Positions 51,539 through 63,659 are shown, counted from the first letter of the stretch. The stretch is 64,000 nucleotides of DNA from Eledone cirrhosa (GCA_964016885.1 OZ024745.1:118606001-118670000); one strand, 5' to 3'. Program-made: numbers and translations. The notes: generated by a model not told the origin, from the sequence alone.

Positions 51539-52260
51539 GGAAAATTAATGAAGGGAAGACAGTAAATGAAAACAAGGCAGATAAAAAAAAGAACATATTT
51601 TTAAAGAAGAAAAATGTTTAAATATTTTTTTTATTGTTTACTTGTATTCTCTTATTTAGTTTTTTGGGTTTTTTTTTATTTTACTGAGCTAATAAATATT
51701 ATCTAGATGTGATCAATATAATCTTACGTGATTTGTACAAGAAATCTAGTTGGTACATGTCAGAAAGTTGAAACTGACTGAGCAAATTTTGCACTGCTTT
51801 TGCAATCCCCTCCTCCCCTCCTGGCTACACCTTTATCATTCCCACAGGAGTCCATGATGCCATTCTAGTCATCCACAGGCACTAATCAATGGAACATTAT
51901 GAAGAATGTTTCTTGAAGTTAATGCCGAAGAATAAAAAAAAAAACCCACTCATGTGAGGGCGTTATTTTCAATGATGCTCACATCCAAGATCACGACCAG
52001 GTACAAAGATATCTTGAAATGTAGATATTTTCAAAACAGTACTGTCGCTACCTTCAAGCCAAACAAAACATACATACACCTTCTAAACATCAAGGAGATA
52101 TAATGCATGCATCCAGGAAACCCAGTTCTTGTTGATGGCTATCTCATCTAAATCTAATGACCATTAAGCAACTGACCTAACTTCAAAACTGACTCCAGGC
52201 AAGTAGTATACATTTATACACTCGACTCTCAGTACTGATACGCTAACAGGGAATGAATTA

Positions 52261-52428
52261 CCGTATTTCCCAGCGCCGAAGATGCTTTGTCCTCGAGGAG
52301 GCACCCTAATTTTGACAAACAAAATTTGAAAAAAAAATAATAAACAACCTTCGGCCTCCAGGACGCATGGTAGATTTTTGAGACATATTTTAGGAAAAAA
52401 GTAACATCTTCGATGCCAGGAAATATGA
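52261..52428. mobile_element. Tc1/mariner-superfamily (Tc2/pogo-like) MITE
   Basis: TA-flanked imperfect 24-bp TIRs CCGTATTTCCCAGCGCCGAAGATG and CATCTTCGATGCCAGGAAATATGA. Confidence 0.75.
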
Positions 52429-52645
52429 TAACCCTTTGGCATTTGCATTAGTCTATATTTACTACTGTATATTTGCAGTAAAGGCTTTACCTCACATAAA
52501 TATCTCATATAATATCAAATCTATGAGATTTTGATATTATTTATTTTGAGAACAATACTTTAACATCAGTATGAGTGGCCAGTTACGGCCAGTTTGAGCA
52601 GAAAGAGATAAGAGAATTCTGGCCGGATACGGCCGGTTTAAATTG
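52429..52645. mobile_element. piggyBac-type MITE
   Basis: Family interior. Confidence 0.8.
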
Positions 52646-53315
52646 CTCAATTCCCCTGCATTTAAGTTAACTGGTTTGGGATATAGGCCACTTTCCTTTT
52701 GAAATCTTAATTTGTCCCAATCTTTATTGTGGACAAAAGGTGGTTGTGTATTTGAAGCAGTATAATACTACTATATACTTTATTGACCTAGAAGGGTCAA
52801 CAAAATCGACTCTGCCATTGTTTAGATTCAAAATGTGAAAGGATGTAAGATATTTTATCAAATGCTGTTACCCAAGAGACAGAAATAAGAAAACATAAAA
52901 ATAAATAAAACATTTGAAGAAGGCACAAGAAGATGATATAAAAAGAAGATATACGAAGACAGATGATAATGACATGTAAAGAATACATCTGGAGAAGACT
53001 TATAATGATGACATAGAAACAAGGTAGACAAAGAAGTCATAAAATAACATAAAAGTATAGAGAGAAAGGGAAAAATAAGTTGGTAGGAAGAGAAGAGACT
53101 AGGAACAAAAAACCTAAATGAAATCAAGGAAAATAGCAAACAAGAAAAACAGAGAAAGACAACTGTGAGATCTTCAGAATCTGAAGAATACCTTTTTATT
53201 CCTAACTTGTCTTTGAAATATACAGAGGCAAATAAATTGCTTATTCACTTTATTTCTTGGCAAAACTTACTACTCTGATAGTTCAACTGTATGTAGAATT
53301 CTATTTTACTGATGG

Positions 53316-53424
53316 CTTAATCCAGCAAACCTATGATCAAAGGTTTGCTGGATTAAGTAAAAAGCGTGAGTCATGGTTTGCTGGATTAAGTAAAAAGTGT
53401 GAGTCATGACTCACGCTTTTTACT
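53316..53424. repeat. Compound hairpin, direct repeat and palindrome
   Basis: 17-bp perfect inverted repeat, two copies of a 33-bp direct repeat, and a 36-bp palindrome. Confidence 0.9.
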
Positions 53425-53539
53425 ATTTCTCTGCTTATTTGGGAAATATGACAACACCAATCAAACTTTGAATCCTTTCATTTGTATTTCTGATGAAATA
53501 TTTTGTAATTTAATTAATCAATGAAGAATTTTGGAAGGA

Positions 53540-53717
53540 TTTAGCATTTATATTACTCTATATATACTATTGTATTTTCGTGGTGGAAGCTTTATCTCAC
53601 ATAATTATCTGACATAATATTGAATCTATGGGATTTTGATATTATTTATTTTGAGAGCTATACCTTAACATCAGTATGAGTGGCCAGTTATGGCCGGTTT
53701 AAATTCTAAAGGGTTAA
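53540..53717. mobile_element. piggyBac-type MITE, internally deleted
   Basis: Family interior, right end CTAAAGGGTTAA. Confidence 0.8.
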
Positions 53718-53867
53718 GTTGGTATTTGTAACATAGTTATGATTTAAGTAAGAACTCATTGAAATGGGTGGTTTTATAGAAACAGGGCCAGTTTGGTGCA
53801 GGGTATCAAATGAGATAACATATTCAGTAATGGACATAAAGACAAAACAATTCTTACAAAATCTTCT

Positions 53868-54175
53868 TTTAATAATAATAATAATGAAATTATTGTGTAG
53901 TGCTCAGGTGCACTACAACTCGTCAAATATACAAATATCAGGAAAGTGAACAGTGTATGAGTCACAAAATACATGTGTGCGTGTGTATGGAGGGGGATAT
54001 CAGGTGTAGTGTTGGCGAATCTCAGGAAGCATGGAGGTTTTAAAGGATGCAGTGTCTCGACAGCTAATAACTGGTGCAGGTAGTTTGTTCCATGCTTCAG
54101 CAACCTGAGTGTGAAAAAATGTTTCTGAAAGTTGTGGGAGCTGTGCTGTTTTCTGACTTTGTAGGCATGTGCTCA
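53868..54175 (-). mobile_element. CR1-clade LINE 3' end
   Basis: HAYKVRKQHSSHNF.KHFF(fs)VAEAWNKLPAPVISCRDTASFKTSML*, then a 3' UTR and an (ATT)n tail. Confidence 0.8.
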
Positions 54176-54769
54176 GGGTTGTTGTTGGCAAGATGGTTAG
54201 CTACAAATAAAATAATTCCTAACATGGCAGTGACAAACCCCACCTTGGCCACAACTATAACAGTAAGTATCACCAAACAACCATAGATTAACACCTAATT
54301 ATTTGCCCTGATTACCAACAAGATCAATAAGCCAACAAGGGAGACTCCATGCAGTTACTCAATCTGCTAGAAATAGCAGGTCAACCCTCTCTCAAAATCA
54401 CAACCTGCAACATTCAAAATTAAAGGCTCACTGCACAATGCAGTTCTAAAGTCATTAATAATGGCTAGAACACTTTTGGAAGATCATAGATCTACTAGAA
54501 CAGGTCTAATCTTATACAAAACAACAACAACCTACTATTAAGACACCAGAATTAAAAGCTATAAAAAGTAGTTTTCATCTAAATGTTACACCTAACAACT
54601 GTGAAGTAGGATATTCTACCAGGTGCCTTAAGGAGCAAAACAGAAGCAAATAAAAAAAAAACACTCAAAACAGGGACAGCAAAACAAAAAGATAAACAAA
54701 TGAAAAAAACACATAGGCATAAATACATATAAATACAACCACATATACAGAAGTAGAGTTTCAACATTC

Positions 54770-54860
54770 ATTTTATTAAGGCTAAATAGTGAGTCTTGTT
54801 ATTCTGGAGTTTTACCTGTTTATCACAGTAACAAGACTCACTATTTAGCCTTAATAAAAT
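54770..54860. repeat. 32-bp perfect inverted repeat with a 27-nt spacer (MITE-like); related copy at 28403-28485
   Basis: ATTTTATTAAGGCTAAATAGTGAGTCTTGTTA and TAACAAGACTCACTATTTAGCCTTAATAAAAT. Confidence 0.85.
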
Positions 54861-54885
54861 ATATATATATATAAACACACACACA

Positions 54886-55180
54886 CAGTTGTCCTCCAGT
54901 ATTCGTGGGGGTTACATTCTTAAAGAACCTGCGACCAGTGAAAATCCGCGAATATTATTGGATATAGTCCATAAAAATGCCTATAAGTGTGAAAACATAA
55001 CATAAATTCAGCATTAAAAAGCTTTAAAAAAAAATATATTGCCATGAAAAAAGCCATTAAAAAATTGCAGAAGATATTTAGAATTCAGCAAATATGTAGT
55101 GGTTTCCACAAACAATTATTAGTTAGGTTCTAAGGAAAATTCCACGAATAACCAGGACCACGAATGGTGGGGGTTCACTG
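54886..55180. mobile_element. Tigger/pogo-type MITE, copy 2
   Basis: Colinear with 163-537. Confidence 0.75.
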
Positions 55181-55398
55181 TGTGTGTGTATATATATATA
55201 TATATATAGGATAACAAGGTATCGTTTAAGGTATTCTGATGATTTGATCAGGCAAATACTGTAATTAAGGTCGAGGGACGTAATTTCTAACAATCAGCAG
55301 CCTTTAGACTCACCTGATTAATGAAACAATTGTTAACACTGTAAATAAACCCTTTTTATACAGACGACCATGTTATTCTTCATTCCTTTACTATATAT

Positions 55399-55449
<51 letters not shown>

Positions 55450-55814
55450 TATATATATGTGTGTGTGTGTGTATAGACACACACACAAACATGATCCCAT
55501 ACACACACATATATATATACAAATATACAAACCATAACTTTGATTCCTTGTGAGAAATTTCTCTCACAAGTGGAGTAGAACCATGTTGTCTTATTTTTCA
55601 GTTAGCAGATCTCATCTCTGAGTTTGTGGTATAAATCTTACAGATAAACTGAGAGAAGAAAACTACTAACCAAAAAAGTTGTCAATTATCACAATAATGA
55701 TTTCTTTGAAATAACAATAATAATTTCTTGTATATGCACAATAAACACAATTTTGGTTGAGGGTTGTACTCTTGTGTCTTGAATAATTGTCCCCAACCCC
55801 ATGCCCATTATTAA

Positions 55815-55925
55815 TTACGATCTGAGTTCAAATCCCGCCGAAGTTGACTTTGCCTTTCATCCTTACGGGGTCGATAAAATAAAGTACCAGTATTGCACTT
55901 GTGCCAAAAGTAGAAACAATTATTA
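55815..55925 (+). mobile_element. Family A SINE, 5'-truncated
   Basis: B box, Meta core and AACAATTATT end. Confidence 0.8.
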
Positions 55926-57404
55926 ATTTCCCAGATGTTATTCCAACCCCTCCCCTGCTTATTAAATATTGCTAATTAATCACTGGTCAAATTTTATTTT
56001 AAGTGGTAGCCTTCCTGCAACAGTTGATTTACTTTAGGCATTAAAAAACATTATAGATGACAAAAAAAAAAATTACAAAAACATCTCATACATTATCAAA
56101 TAAATAGGATGGGTTGGTGGGTCTCAATATGTAAACTAAATGACTAATTCTGGTTTTTAAATAAAATCAAGGGAGACAACATAGAAAAATTATCGATTTT
56201 AAACACCACCACCGCCGTCACCTATTATTTGGGACCCAAGAGTAGTCAATTTAATCATCCCCAGCACATAGTTTATTGTGCCCCAGAAGGATGAAAGGAA
56301 AAGTGAACCCAGGTAGGATTTGAACTCAAGACATACAGGAATGTAACTAAATACTATATAGCATTTAATCTAATAATGGGGCTGAAGCTGTTGACCTCCT
56401 TGTGGGCTCCGGAAACTAATCATTGATCTTGATAAGGTAAACAACAACCTAAAACAGTAACAGTCTCATGCAAAAAGAATCTAATAGTGTACAGCTAATG
56501 TCAGTTGACAACACTAATAAAGATGGATTGTTCTTATTTACTTGGCAGCAGTTGTTGAGGACAATGATGATGATGATTAAAAATATGACAAAATGAAGTA
56601 CGAGAGAGAGAGGAAGTCAAGAGACAGAGAGGTGATAGAGTGTGAGAAAGTGTGTGTATGTGTAAGCAAGCAGTTGTGTGCGCGCGCGCGCGCGCTGGCG
56701 TGTGTGTGTGAGTGTGAGTATGTATGTGAGTATGCAAATTTGTCTGATTAAGTATTCCAGTTGATATGAAATTTAAAAAACTGTTAGCTGTAGAAATCAA
56801 GCCAAAATCAGTTCCCGTATGAGTAAGACAAGGTCACCCGACCTGGCACTGCCCACAACAGGACAACCCATCCAACCCATGCTAGCATGGAAGAATGATG
56901 ATGATGATGATAGTGAAGAACATAAGTGAACACAATGCTGGTGACTTTTTTTCTCAACAGTATCTATACCAGCAATGCCTTGTGTAGTTCCTGACAAAAC
57001 AGCCTGAAATTAATTGTCCAGATTCAAATAGATCTGTTAGAAAGAACAAACCTATTTTACCCAATGATTGACAATGAGATTTATAGGTTGTCTTTGTGAA
57101 GGTGATTTAAACTAGAAGCTGTAATCGAGTAAAGGTGAGTAGCAGTGTGGTGTCAGAAAGTCTCACTTAAATTACAGGCACAATGACATCTCCTATAATG
57201 TTCATCTTCTGTAACAACACAGCCTTCAATCATGAGTTCATTTAAATGTTATTCAAGTTCTTATTCCATTACAAAGTCCATTGGCCTTATGTAAATTTCA
57301 CAGTAACTTTACAGCATTTCGCATTTTCAGGGTCAAGTTATAGGGGGGGAGGGGGTACACTTCATGCTGTATGACATATGTGTAGTGGTGTGAGAGAGAG
57401 AGAG

Positions 57405-58275
57405 AGAGATATTGGGGAGCCAGACTAAGGCATCATTTGTTGTATTATGGATTGCCCCCAGACTGCCGGAAAACATCTGAGGGGTCAGTCCCAAACAGCA
57501 TGCAGCATTATCTGGCCAGGGGTCCTCACAGTCACATGTAGTGCTGTCTAGTCAGGGACCCCACAGTAACATGTAGTACTGTTTGGTCAGGGACCCCACA
57601 GTCACATTTAGTACTGTCTGGTCAGGGACCCCACAGTAACATGTAGTACTCTCTGGTCAGGGACCCCACAGTCACATGTAGTACTGTCTAGTCAGGGACC
57701 CCACAGTCACATGTAGTACTGTCTAGTCAGGGACGCCACAGTCACATGTAGTACTGTCTAGTCAGGGACCCCACAGTAACATGTAGTACAGTACAATCAG
57801 GGACCCCACAGTAACAAGTAGTGCTGTCCTTTCAGGATCCCCCCAGTCACATGTAGTGCTGTCTGGTCAGGGACCCCACAGTAACATGTAGTACTCTCTG
57901 GTCAGGGACCCCACAGTCACATGTAGTACTGTCTAGTCAGAGATCCCACAGTAACATGTAGTACAGTACAATCAGGGACCCCACAGTAACAAGTAGTGCT
58001 GTCCTTTCAGGATCCCCACAGTCACATGTAGTGCTGTCTGGTCAGGGACCCCACAGTAACATGTAGTAGTCTAGTCAGGGACCCCACAGTCACATGTAGT
58101 ACAGTACAGTCAGGGACCCCACAGTAACATGTAGTGCTGTCTGGTCAAGGTCTCCACAGTCACATGGTGGGCTGTCTTTAATTTTCCATTGATGGAGATG
58201 GTCTGTCTCCATCAATTTGGCATGTGTGGTGTGGATCCATTAAGAGACACCCATTATTTTCCAGGAAGGTCAAAG
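57405..58275 (-). mobile_element. LINE 3' coding end with CCHC zinc knuckle (RTEX/I-group-like), split by a minisatellite
   Basis: With frameshifts: WVSLN...LHQWKI...DSPPCDCGDLDQTALHV [array] QIMLHAVWD*PLRCF...GSL.AIHNTTNDALVWL. Confidence 0.7.
57515..58165. repeat. 35-bp minisatellite, about 19 units
   Basis: Unit GTCAGGGACCCCACAGT(C/A)ACATGTAGTACTGTCT(A/G). Confidence 0.95.
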
Positions 58276-58279
58276 AGGT

Positions 58280-59600
58280 AGACTAAAATTACAGTTCTTT
58301 TAAAAGTTTATAGGATAATTGACTAATTGTTTCAGATTGTCTTCATCTCAGAAATCAATGCATTTTTTAGTCTGTTTTTGCATCAATTATGTTGATTTCT
58401 TCATTTATAGAATCAACAGCAGCATTGTTAGGGCATAGTATTGCTCAGACTATGTTGTTTGCAAGATATAATAGGTTGCCAAAAACTTGCTTTATCATTT
58501 CACAATCATTTGATTTTACGTCATTTATTTACATAATTTGAATAGTTCTCTCTGGAGTTATAGACAGTCATTAATGCTTTTCTACCACTTAGTTTGTCAG
58601 TGTGAGTGTGTGTATATATACATGAGGTCCGAACACAAAGGAACCAAACTCCCACTGTCACTGCCTCCATCACTCTTCCGCTCTCCCCATCTCTAACTAT
58701 TATGAGCAAATGGGGGCCCACGCACTGGCCGACCCAGTGGACAGAATAGAGAAGGTGTTTCCCCGAAAGATGATGAGGGAGACGCACTGGAAGAGTCATT
58801 CCCGCTCGCAGGGCTCACACCTGTGGGTAACCAACTCTGTCACCAGTTGGAAGTTCCGTCTTGCCATCAAGGTCCACTGTTAACTTCTTTTCACCATCAC
58901 AAAGTAGAGCAATTAATAGTCGCAGTCCCCAATGAAGTAGTTGCAGGTTTGTGGTGATCACCCAGCTCATCACTGTTTCATACAATGAAGAATGAGTCGT
59001 AACTACATTCATGATAGGTAAATAGTTTTATGAAAGAACATGAAATATATGATTAAAGGCCATGTGGTTAGAATGTCTCAGGAAGGAATCGGTGGACAGA
59101 CTTTACAAGTAGTGAGAACTCTGCCCCCACGACCCTCCCAGGAATAAGTGGGAGAAAGAGAAGACAAAGAAAAAGAAGAAAGAAAAAGAAAAAGGAAAGA
59201 AAAAGAAGAAAAGAAAAAGAAAAGGAAAAAGAATAAAAAAGAATAAAGAAGAAGAAGAAGAAGCAGCAACTTTATACACACATCATGGTTGTGGTGCTTC
59301 ATCTTAACAAATGAAATCAATGTCTCATGTTTAACAATTTAACAGTTAACGCTGTTGACATCAACAAAAATTCTCTTAATGTAAATTGGAATATGGAAAG
59401 TTGAATGAGCTGTAAAACCATTTTTGTAGAACAATGCATCCATTCCTGTAGATTTAGCAAGATAAATTTGTTGATCCAAACATATTTCCAACGAAACCAT
59501 ACATGTTCAATTGAATTATGTATTTCTAGAACCAGCAAAATCATCAACAAAGAAAAGGTTGTTGCACTAATTGGCATCCATTAAGATGTCAAAATCATGT
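58280..59600 (-). pseudogene. Decayed Helitron RepHel PIF1-type helicase, interrupted by insertions
   Basis: Motifs in order: LFFVDDFAGSRNT (about 59519-59560, motif I), TGMDALFYKNGFTAHSTFHIP (59387-59449), FIC*DEAP (59289-59321), SSLY...ITTNLQ...LLCDG (58815-59012), AILCPNNAAVDSINEEI (58394-58444), NYPINF (58303-58320). Confidence 0.8.
59055..59265 (+). mobile_element. RTE family 2 deleted 3' end with expanded (GAAAA/GAA)n tail, inserted in the Helitron
   Basis: GGCCATGTGGTTAGAATGTCTCAGG...CTCTGCCCCCACGACCCTCCCAGGAATAAGTGGG. Confidence 0.8.
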
Positions 59601-59729
59601 TGTTTCTCTTTGACTGTTTGATTCAGTTCTTTGGTGGCAATGTCAGGAAATGATTCAAAATATTTTGATGATACATTTGGTACTGACAACCTATGGATGA
59701 GCTGGTGAAGGGAAGTTCAGTTTTGAAGA

Positions 59730-60110
59730 GAGGGAATGTTTTCAGAGTAGCAACTTCCATAACTATTTACAAACGAGTTTTCAGATAAAATTTGGAAAAG
59801 GACAAAATTTGAAATAAATGCAGAAATGAATTGCAAAACAGAAATTTTTATATGTATAGTCTGTCTTAATTGCCAAGAGTTCTATATTGGTCAAACTAGT
59901 AACCCTTTGTGGGAACAAGTCAGATTACACAAGAAACAGATACAAAAACAGGAACTAAGGAAAATCAAACATTTACAACTTTGTGAATGCAGCAAATTCA
60001 AACTATTCCCTTTTTACAAGTGTTCAAAGAATAATCCAAGATACAGACAAGAAATGGAAAATATTTTATAAAGAATTTTACTCTGAAACTAAAATATAAC
60101 AGCTCCACTT
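59730..60110 (+). mobile_element. Penelope-like element GIY-YIG endonuclease fragment
   Basis: FEINAEMNCKTEIFICIVCLNCQEFYIGQTSNPLWEQVRLHKKQI...H...C...FPFYK...R..ME: the CxxC-YIGQT-R-H pattern of PLE endonucleases. Confidence 0.8.
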
Positions 60111-61296
60111 GAAGAGATGCGAAAATAGAAATAGGGAACTTCTAGTTTGACTACTCTTTTAATAAAGATGAAAACACTAAATTTAAATTAGACAACTTTT
60201 TATTATTATATTTTTTCACACAAGTGATAAACAATGTTTTATTATTATGACAATTATACATTATTAATGTATTATTCTGTACACTACCAAAGACATATTC
60301 TTATATAGACATATATATATATAGCAAGAGAAATGGACATTAAATGATGATACACACATCAGAATATCTTGAAGGAAATATAAATGTTAAAACAAGATTA
60401 AGAATTATGATGGAAGATGGCTTCAAACAATCAATTACATATGTTTTGGGGTTTTTCTTTTCCTGGAAGTCAAATTCAGTTGAAAAGTAAATTAGATTAA
60501 AATTATATAATATAAATAGTGAAAAAAAAAAAAATCTTAAAGTAAATATAATAATTGTTGAGAAGAAAACATGAATATGGAGAATTTGTTTTTTAAATCG
60601 AAAGAAATCAGTATAATATGATTTCAAGGTCTAGCACAAGTTCACAAGTAACAGAGGTATAGCCAATTGAATTGACTACAGTATATAACAGGTAATAATT
60701 ATTAATATTTTTACCATGGATGGATAAAACTAGGTGCACAGCTTGCAGAAAATAACAGCTAAATTTCCCTCATATCACACTCTACCATCTTAAAATATGA
60801 AGTGCATAATGGAGAATACAATAAGAAAAAGTTTATTTTAAATGAAGGAAGAATGTTTATGGTTGGAATACATTTGATCAGTGGGTTGTTTGATGGAGGA
60901 TGATAGATACATTTACACTAAATATATTGATATAAGTTGTACTGCCAGTTTCTAAAAATACAACAAAAAAAATCTTTTTGAAATCATTAGATTCAATATG
61001 GCTGTTTTTAAAACCTTTGTTTACATAGCATTAATGAAAAGAAAATGAAAGTGTCCTCACTATGAGATACTAATCTATCTATTCCTGGTAATTTAAATCT
61101 TGTAAATATTCTCAACAACTCCATCAACTGAAGTACTGCCTAAATATATAAAATGGCTGCAGTAGATTTCAACTCACGACCTTTGAACTGCTAGATTCTA
61201 TTCAGCTATTTCACTTTCCTACAATTTCATTTCTGGTGACTATATTAACATTCGTTATGTGCTTCTTAAAAACCATTCACTATTCCAAAAAGTCAA

Positions 61297-61624
61297 ACAA
61301 TATGCTTCAACAATATAGGTTCTAAGCCTTACTTCCCAAAGTGACTGTGATCTGTTGTAGTCATTGCCACCAATCAATACAATATGCCTCAACAATATAG
61401 GTTCTAAGCCTTACTTCCCAAAGTGACTGTGATCTGTTGTAGTCATTGCCACCAATCAATACAATATGCCTCAACAATATAGGTTCTAAGCCTTACTTCC
61501 CAAAGTGACTGTGATCTGTTGTAGTCATTGCCACCAATCAATACAATATGCCTCAACAATATAGGTTCTAAGCCTACTTCCCAAAGTGACTGTGTTCTGC
61601 TGTAATCATTGGTACCAATCAATA
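61297..61624. repeat. 82-bp tandem repeat, 4 units
   Basis: CAATATGC at 61298, 61380, 61462 and 61544. Confidence 0.95.
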
Positions 61625-61664
61625 TATTCTACTTGCTTCTCATTTGGTCTAGTAAGAGGATAAA

Positions 61665-61935
61665 GATTGCGGAGTCGTAGAGGCACCATGAAACGGTGTG
61701 TCTAGGGTACTTTTAAACCTGGTGGAGCCCAACTCTCTCCAGGTCTGAACACAGCCGATTTTTTCTATAGAGGAAGAATCGACCCCAGTACTGGACTGGT
61801 GCTCTTTTTATCAACCTTGAAAAGATGAAAGGCAAAGTTGACCATGGCGGGATTTGAACTCAGAGCGCGCAATGAGGTGGGATGAATACCATAGAGAATT
61901 CTTTCCAATGTCTTAACGACTCTGCCAATTCACTG
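61665..61935 (-). mobile_element. Family A2 Meta-domain SINE
   Basis: Tail, Meta core and B box present. Confidence 0.75.
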
Positions 61936-62167
61936 TGTATATTGTCTAGTAACATTGCTTAAAAGGTTGTGTGTCAATTATAGCATTTCAGAACCCACTG
62001 AAAGTTAGGAAATCCACATACTTTTGTCAATAATTTCTAAGTACATTCATCACCATCATTTTACGTTCACTTTCCATAATGGCTGGGTTGGGTGGATTGT
62101 TACAGGTCAGGGGAGACCAGGTTGGGTGGATTGCTAAGTTTTATTATTTAGGGTTAATATTTGAAAA

Positions 62168-62372
62168 GAGTACCCAGTCCACACTGTCAAGTGGTCAAGT
62201 AGGTGTCACGATAAAAAGCACTGTCCACTCTGTAAATGTGGTTGGTGTTAGGAAGAGCATCCAGCCATAGAAACCAAACCAAAAGCAGTCCATTATCCTA
62301 TCTGGCTTGTCTCACAACAGGAGAATTCGTCTAACCCATGCTAGCATGGAAAAATGGAGATTTGATGATGAT
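62168..62372 (+). mobile_element. Family B SINE
   Basis: Internal CCACACTGTCAAGTGGTC / CCACTCTGTAAATGTGGTTGG repeat; GAT tail. Confidence 0.75.
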
Positions 62373-63107
62373 TAAATAAAATATTTCTCTCAATTAACAT
62401 GGCATATGACATAGTAACATAGACCAACTTATTTAATACCATTGTTGTTCACTGTAGCACCTCTAGCTTTGTGTGTCCAAAGTCCTTTCTCAACTCTATA
62501 TGCAGCAAACTTACATTGTAGTTGTTTTGTTTTTGTTTTTATTTCATAGAACACTAAAACTATAGCTTGCAAAGCTCCAGGGGTTTTAAAACTCTCATAA
62601 CTTTGATAGCAAGATACTGGTCTATCTAAGAAAATAATTTTCGTTTGGTGAAGTACAGAACCAATTTCTACAAAAGAGAGGTATGTTCAGCTGAAACATT
62701 GCCAGATTGAATTGCTGGTACTTAGATTATCAACACTACAATGATGATATATATCTAATAATATAAAATGTCTCACATTTCACTCTGACACAAAAAAACA
62801 TGATTAAGGGAGATAATTATGACTTTAACACTTACGAGATAATGTTCTATTTCTTAATTAACTTTAAATAAAAGGAGTTGTTTTAGAATAACAACCAAAT
62901 AAAAATCATTGATTTTTATCTTTTCCACAAAATATTTTGAGCACATCTATGATCAAAGGACATTTCTGCTGAGACAATTCTATCTTTTTGTATGAGTATA
63001 GAAACAGTTTGGGATATATTTCCTTTTCTAAGAGAATGCAGTGTGATTTGAGGAAGATTTGGCTGTTATATCTAACAGGTAGAACAACAACATAAAAACT
63101 GTCTTGT

Positions 63108-63348
63108 TGTTGCTCTTCTTCACCCACTTATCCCTGGGAGGCTGGTGGGGACAGAGTCTTTAAATTGCCTTCCTGTGGAGCCTGTCAAAGGCAGCCACCT
63201 TCAATTGATCCATCTGGATCCCTAAGTGAGACTATCCAAGCTCACAGATGTTATCCACCCATCTGGCTTGAGGTCTACTCCTGGGTGTCCTTGTCAGTTG
63301 GGTTTGCCCATAAAATCTATCCAATGATTCTTTCTTGAGACACTCTAA
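63108..63348 (-). mobile_element. RTE family 2 3' fragment, degenerate
   Basis: Reverse complement of the family 2 3' end. Confidence 0.7.
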
Positions 63349-63537
63349 CTGAAACCTTCATAGGCTGACTATGAAGGAGTGATGCTAAGGCTGTAAAGTC
63401 TTGCATGCATTAATTTTAACTCTTCTTATTAATAACTGCATTGTTTCTTTCCAGGGACTATATTTAAAAATAAACCTCATTTGGTCATTCCAAGAGAGTA
63501 TCTTGGTCAGCCTATGAAACTTCTCAGCCGACTCTTG
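63349..63537. mobile_element. Mariner-type MITE, left TIR truncated
   Basis: TTCATAGGCTGAC and GTCAGCCTATGAA are inverted; right end CAGCCGACTCTTG|TA. Confidence 0.65.
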
Positions 63538-63659
63538 TACATATATACACACACACTCATGCAGAAACGATGCCAGAAATAGAACAGAAGTTACTCCAAG
63601 CTGACTAGTGTCAAGCTGTTACAACACATTCAATCTATGCTTGCCTGGAAAGTGCGTAT

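Noticed and set aside
53175-53240. Degenerate hammerhead-like cores (also near 60109 after the PLE, and 32691 in a SINE tail)
   Set aside because: Core or stems incomplete; cannot be supported by eye.
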